Source: Planctomycetota bacterium
Lineage (GTDB): Bacteria > Planctomycetota > UBA1135 > UBA2386
Direction of reading: 5' to 3'
DNA: 64,000 nt
NCBI GenBank assembly: GCA_965223545.1
Contig: OZ245006.1
Coordinates: 2,720,001 to 2,784,000 of the forward strand
Numbering within the stretch: the first letter of the stretch is position 1; each line of letters opens with the position of its first letter. The notes below the pieces were generated by a model. That model did not search any database, had not been told where the DNA came from, and saw only the letters and a list, made by a program, of their open reading frames with translations. This document shows positions 61,003 to 64,000 of this stretch, in pieces. Both the position numbers and the translations under genes were made by a program.

Positions 61003-62469
61003 TTGCCTCGAGTACATCGCCAAGTCTCTCTTGCCTCCTCGCCGAGCGCCGCGCTGCGCGGGGCCGACGCCGCGCTGGTGATCGCGCCGGCCGCGCGGTT
61101 GACTCCGCGTCGCTGGCCGAAGGTCTTCGGCACCTCGCTCGACGAATGGGTCACGCGCCTCGGCAAGGAGGCTTCGCCGGGCGATCTCGGCGGCACGGCG
61201 ACCACCCTGACCGACACCACGCCGCAACGGCTCACCGTGGGGTCGTTGCCGGACCGCGGTTCGCGCTACAACAGCGCGGCAAGGGCGGAGGCGATCCGGC
61301 GCGTCACCGCTTCGGCGCGCACCGCGCGGGGCACCACGGCGGTGGTGCTCTTGCTCGACGACGCCGAACACCTGACGGCGGCGGCCAACGCAGTCGGCCG
61401 CGCGTTCCCCCTGTTCAGCGCCAAGACCGGCAACCGGCCCGCGGCGAAGCTCAAGATCGCGGCGGTGACCCCCGACGGCAAGGCGGTGCGGCCGACGGCG
61501 CACGCGCGCGAAGTCCTCGAGCACGCGCGGCAGGCGGCCCGGCTGGTCGACAGCCCACCGACCGACATGAACCCGGCAGCGCTGGCGCGTGAAGCGCGGG
61601 CGATGCTGCGCGGCGTCGAGCACGTGCGGTGGACGGAGATCCGCGGCAACAAGTTGCTCGACCGCGGCCTCGGCGGAATCCACGCCGTCGGGCGCACCGC
61701 TCGCAGCGAACCCCGCCTGTTGATCGCCAGCTACGCGCCGCCACGGGCCAAGGGCGCGGCGATCGCCCTGGTCGGCAAGGGCATCTCTTACGACACCGGT
61801 GGCCTGCACCTGAAGGGACGCGGCGCCATGGAGGGCATGAAGGGCGACATGGGGGGCGCGGCGGCCGTGCTCGGCGCCTTCCGCGTCATCGCCGCAACCG
61901 GCGTGCGCCGGCGCGTCCACATGCTGCTCTGTCTCGCCGAGAACGCGATCGGCGCCGCGGCCTACAAGCCCGACGACATCTTGACCATGCACTCCGGCAA
62001 GACGGTCGAGATCAACAACACCGATGCCGAGGGACGCGTGGTGCTGGCCGACGGAGTCTCGTGGGCGGTGCGCAAGCTGGGCGCCGAGATCATCCTCGAC
62101 GCCGCGACCTTGACCGGCGCCCAGATGGTCAGCACTGGCAGCCTGCACGCCGCCGTGATCAGCAACGACGCCGACCTCGAAGCCGCGATGGTCGCAGCGG
62201 GCCACCGCAGCGGTGACTTGGTGCACCCGATGATGTTCGCGCCCGAGCTCTACAAGCAGGAGTTCCGCAGCCCGGTCGCCGACATGCGCAACTCCGTCAA
62301 GAACCGCTCCAACGCACAGGTCAGCTGCGCGGCGCAGTTCATCTACTGGCACATCGAGGACACCGACGCGCGCTGGGCCCACGTCGACCTCGCCGGCCCA
62401 GCACAGCGCGCCGATCGCGGTACCGGCTATGGGGTCGCCCTGCTCGCCGATGCCGTCGCTCGGCTGTAG
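61003..62469 (+). CDS. M17 leucyl aminopeptidase family (NPEPL1-like)
   Basis: GKGISYDTGG, MKGDMGGAA, NNTDAEGRVVLADG, ATLTGAQ, ADMRNSVKNRSNAQVSCA. Confidence 0.92.
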   Translation: MPRVHRQVSLASSPSAALRGADAALVIAPAARLTPRRWPKVFGTSLDEWVTRLGKEASPGDLGGTATTLTDTTPQRLTVGSLPDRGSRYNSAARAEAIRRVTASARTARGTTAVVLLLDDAEHLTAAANAVGRAFPLFSAKTGNRPAAKLKIAAVTPDGKAVRPTAHAREVLEHARQAARLVDSPPTDMNPAALAREARAMLRGVEHVRWTEIRGNKLLDRGLGGIHAVGRTARSEPRLLIASYAPPRAKGAAIALVGKGISYDTGGLHLKGRGAMEGMKGDMGGAAAVLGAFRVIAATGVRRRVHMLLCLAENAIGAAAYKPDDILTMHSGKTVEINNTDAEGRVVLADGVSWAVRKLGAEIILDAATLTGAQMVSTGSLHAAVISNDADLEAAMVAAGHRSGDLVHPMMFAPELYKQEFRSPVADMRNSVKNRSNAQVSCAAQFIYWHIEDTDARWAHVDLAGPAQRADRGTGYGVALLADAVARL

Positions 62470-62474
62470 CGAGA

Positions 62475-62493
62475 GCACGGAGCCGGGCTCGAT
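62475..62493. repeat. Degenerate copy of the REP-like unit between convergent genes
   Basis: GCACGGAGCCGGGCTCGAT versus GTACGGAGCCAGGCTCCGAT. Confidence 0.5.
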
Positions 62494-62505
62494 CTTTTGG
62501 CTTCG

Positions 62506-63395
62506 TCAGCGCCGCTCGCGACGCTGGCGGCGCCGCTCGCCCCAGCAGCACGCGACTTCACAGCAGGCGTCTGCGCCACATGAGTCGGTCACGCAGCCCA
62601 CGTCGCAATCACCGGCTTCTGCCCAGCGCGTGCGAGCTGCGCATTGGCGTAGCCCGACGCCTCCTCCCGCCCCGCGCCGGCAGCGTCGAGCGCATTGAAG
62701 CGCCCGCGACGCCGGTCCGCATGCAAGTCCTCGATCGCGTCGAGGACATAGACGAAGCGGGCCAGCGCAGCCCCGCCGCGGCGGAGTTGCGCGCGAAGAT
62801 CGTTCCGATCACTGAGCTCGGCGGCGGCGGCGAACACCGCGCCCCCGAGTGCCGCGCTCGGTGCCGCTGCCCGCGTCAGACACGCGGCACGATCGACGGC
62901 CCGCGGCCGAGCGCGCAGCTGGCGCTCGACCCGGCGCTGCCGATCCGGCAAGGCGGCGAGAAAGCGGCGCACCTCCGCGAAGCGCGGCTTCGCCAGCCGA
63001 CCTCGTCCTCGAGCCAACGAACCGCGCAGCCCCCACAGCGCCACGTGGCGAGAGAGACGCCGCGTCCAGCCCTCGTCCTCGAGATCGTCGCGCAGCTTTG
63101 CTTCCACCGCCCCGAGGTTGGCGAGCGCCAACAACTCGGCGGCCGCGGCGGACAACGGCTGCACGCGGACACGCCGCAGCGGCACAGCCACGCACGGACG
63201 TGCCACGGGCGATGCCGGGTCAGCGAGTGCCGACAGCAGCAGGGCGAGCACCGTCTGGTCGTAGTTGACGGTGACGGCCGCCGTGCGCCCCGCCGCCGCA
63301 CGCAGCGCGTGGCAGGCGGCGCAAAAATGGGCGGAGTAGACCTCGCGTTGGCGGACATCCGCACAATCCCGCGCCAGTCGAAGTGCCCCGAACAT
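62506..63395 (-). pseudogene. DUF5685-like protein; in-frame stop at 62589, Cys-rich tail in a shifted frame ending at 62506
   Basis: MFG..YSAHFCAACHAL..NYDQTVLALL and KLRDDLED, YVLDAIEDL..D...GRFNAL motifs; tail AEAGDCDVGC..CCEVACCWGERRRQRRERR. Confidence 0.65.
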
Positions 63396-63456
63396 CGTCC
63401 CCCTCAGCCTACGGGCACGCCGCGCCGCGCACCACGATCGGCCGCACTCGCCCGCC

Positions 63457-64000
63457 CTACTGCGCTGCCGCGGCGCGCAGCTCGCGGGCACGGGACAAGT
63501 CGGGGCGCCGCGCCAGCACGCGATCCAGCAGGCGCACCGCCCGCGTCTTGTGACCGCGGCGCAGCTCGACCTCGGCGACGACGAGATCGGCCAGCGGCTC
63601 CGGTCCGCGCCGCTGCCAGCGCAGCCCCACTTCGTGCGCCAAGTCCAGGGCCTCGAGGCGCAGCGCCGCCTGCGCGGTCCACAGCAGCACCGACTCACGC
63701 AGCTCGTTCTGTTGCACGACTTGCTTCATCGCGGCCAGTGCCTCGCTCCGGTAGCGCTCTCGTTGGTTCGTGCGCGCCGCCGCGCCTTCCCACCGCAAGA
63801 GACGGGCCGACATCAGGTAGAGCGGCGCGGCGCGGGAGACCGACAGCATGCTCGGCAACTCCACCGACGCGGCGAAGTCCGCGCCCGCATCCGCCAGCGC
63901 GGCCTCTCGCTCCGGCCCGGCGCGCACCGCTGCCAACGCAAACCGGTACAGCCCGCGCAGAAACTGCCGGAAGCCATCCGGCTGGATCTCGAGCGAGTCG
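63457..64000 (-). CDS. 3' end of a TPR-like protein (starts beyond the window)
   Basis: Open frame with helical repeats ending AVRLLDRVLARRPDLSRARELR. Confidence 0.6.
   Translation of the reverse strand, partial: DSLEIQPDGFRQFLRGLYRFALAAVRAGPEREAALADAGADFAASVELPSMLSVSRAAPLYLMSARLLRWEGAAARTNQRERYRSEALAAMKQVVQQNELRESVLLWTAQAALRLEALDLAHEVGLRWQRRGPEPLADLVVAEVELRRGHKTRAVRLLDRVLARRPDLSRARELRAAAAQ

Noticed and set aside
62589..62591. TGA of the DUF5685-like gene as a second Sec codon
   Set aside because: No redox motif context; the read-through frame is not protein-like and the plausible tail is in another frame.
1..64000. CRISPR arrays, rRNA, tRNA (including selC) and prophage genes
   Set aside because: None recognised by eye; a covariance-model scan would be needed to exclude small RNAs.

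Overview
High-GC bacterial DNA that looks like an uncultured Planctomycetota genome (inferred from the ECF-sigma/Ser-Thr kinase module, HEAT-repeat and FG-GAP proteins and many secreted proteins). It holds about 47 genes; I saw no rRNA, tRNA or CRISPR array. Main points: (1) a secreted tandem thioredoxin (57991-58794) whose first domain has an in-frame TGA at the catalytic position (UxxC) followed by a SECIS-like hairpin, so it is probably a selenoprotein split by the ORF track. (2) An IS110 element with a ~250 nt structured non-coding left end (candidate bridge RNA) inserted into a REP-like hairpin; the same REP forms a perfect 89 bp palindrome at 24806-24894. (3) Three tandem Kelch-like paralogues, one split by an ISKra4-like IS with exact TIRs and an 8 bp TSD. 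(4) A prepilin peptidase fused in frame to a degenerate IS1634-like transposase. (5) At least seven secreted proteins with different N-termini share a ~100-130 aa C-terminal domain, and most signal peptides end in A|Q, which suggests an undescribed sorting or surface-display system. (6) A DUF5685 gene whose Cys-rich tail is out of frame. All family calls are from motif recognition, not database searches.
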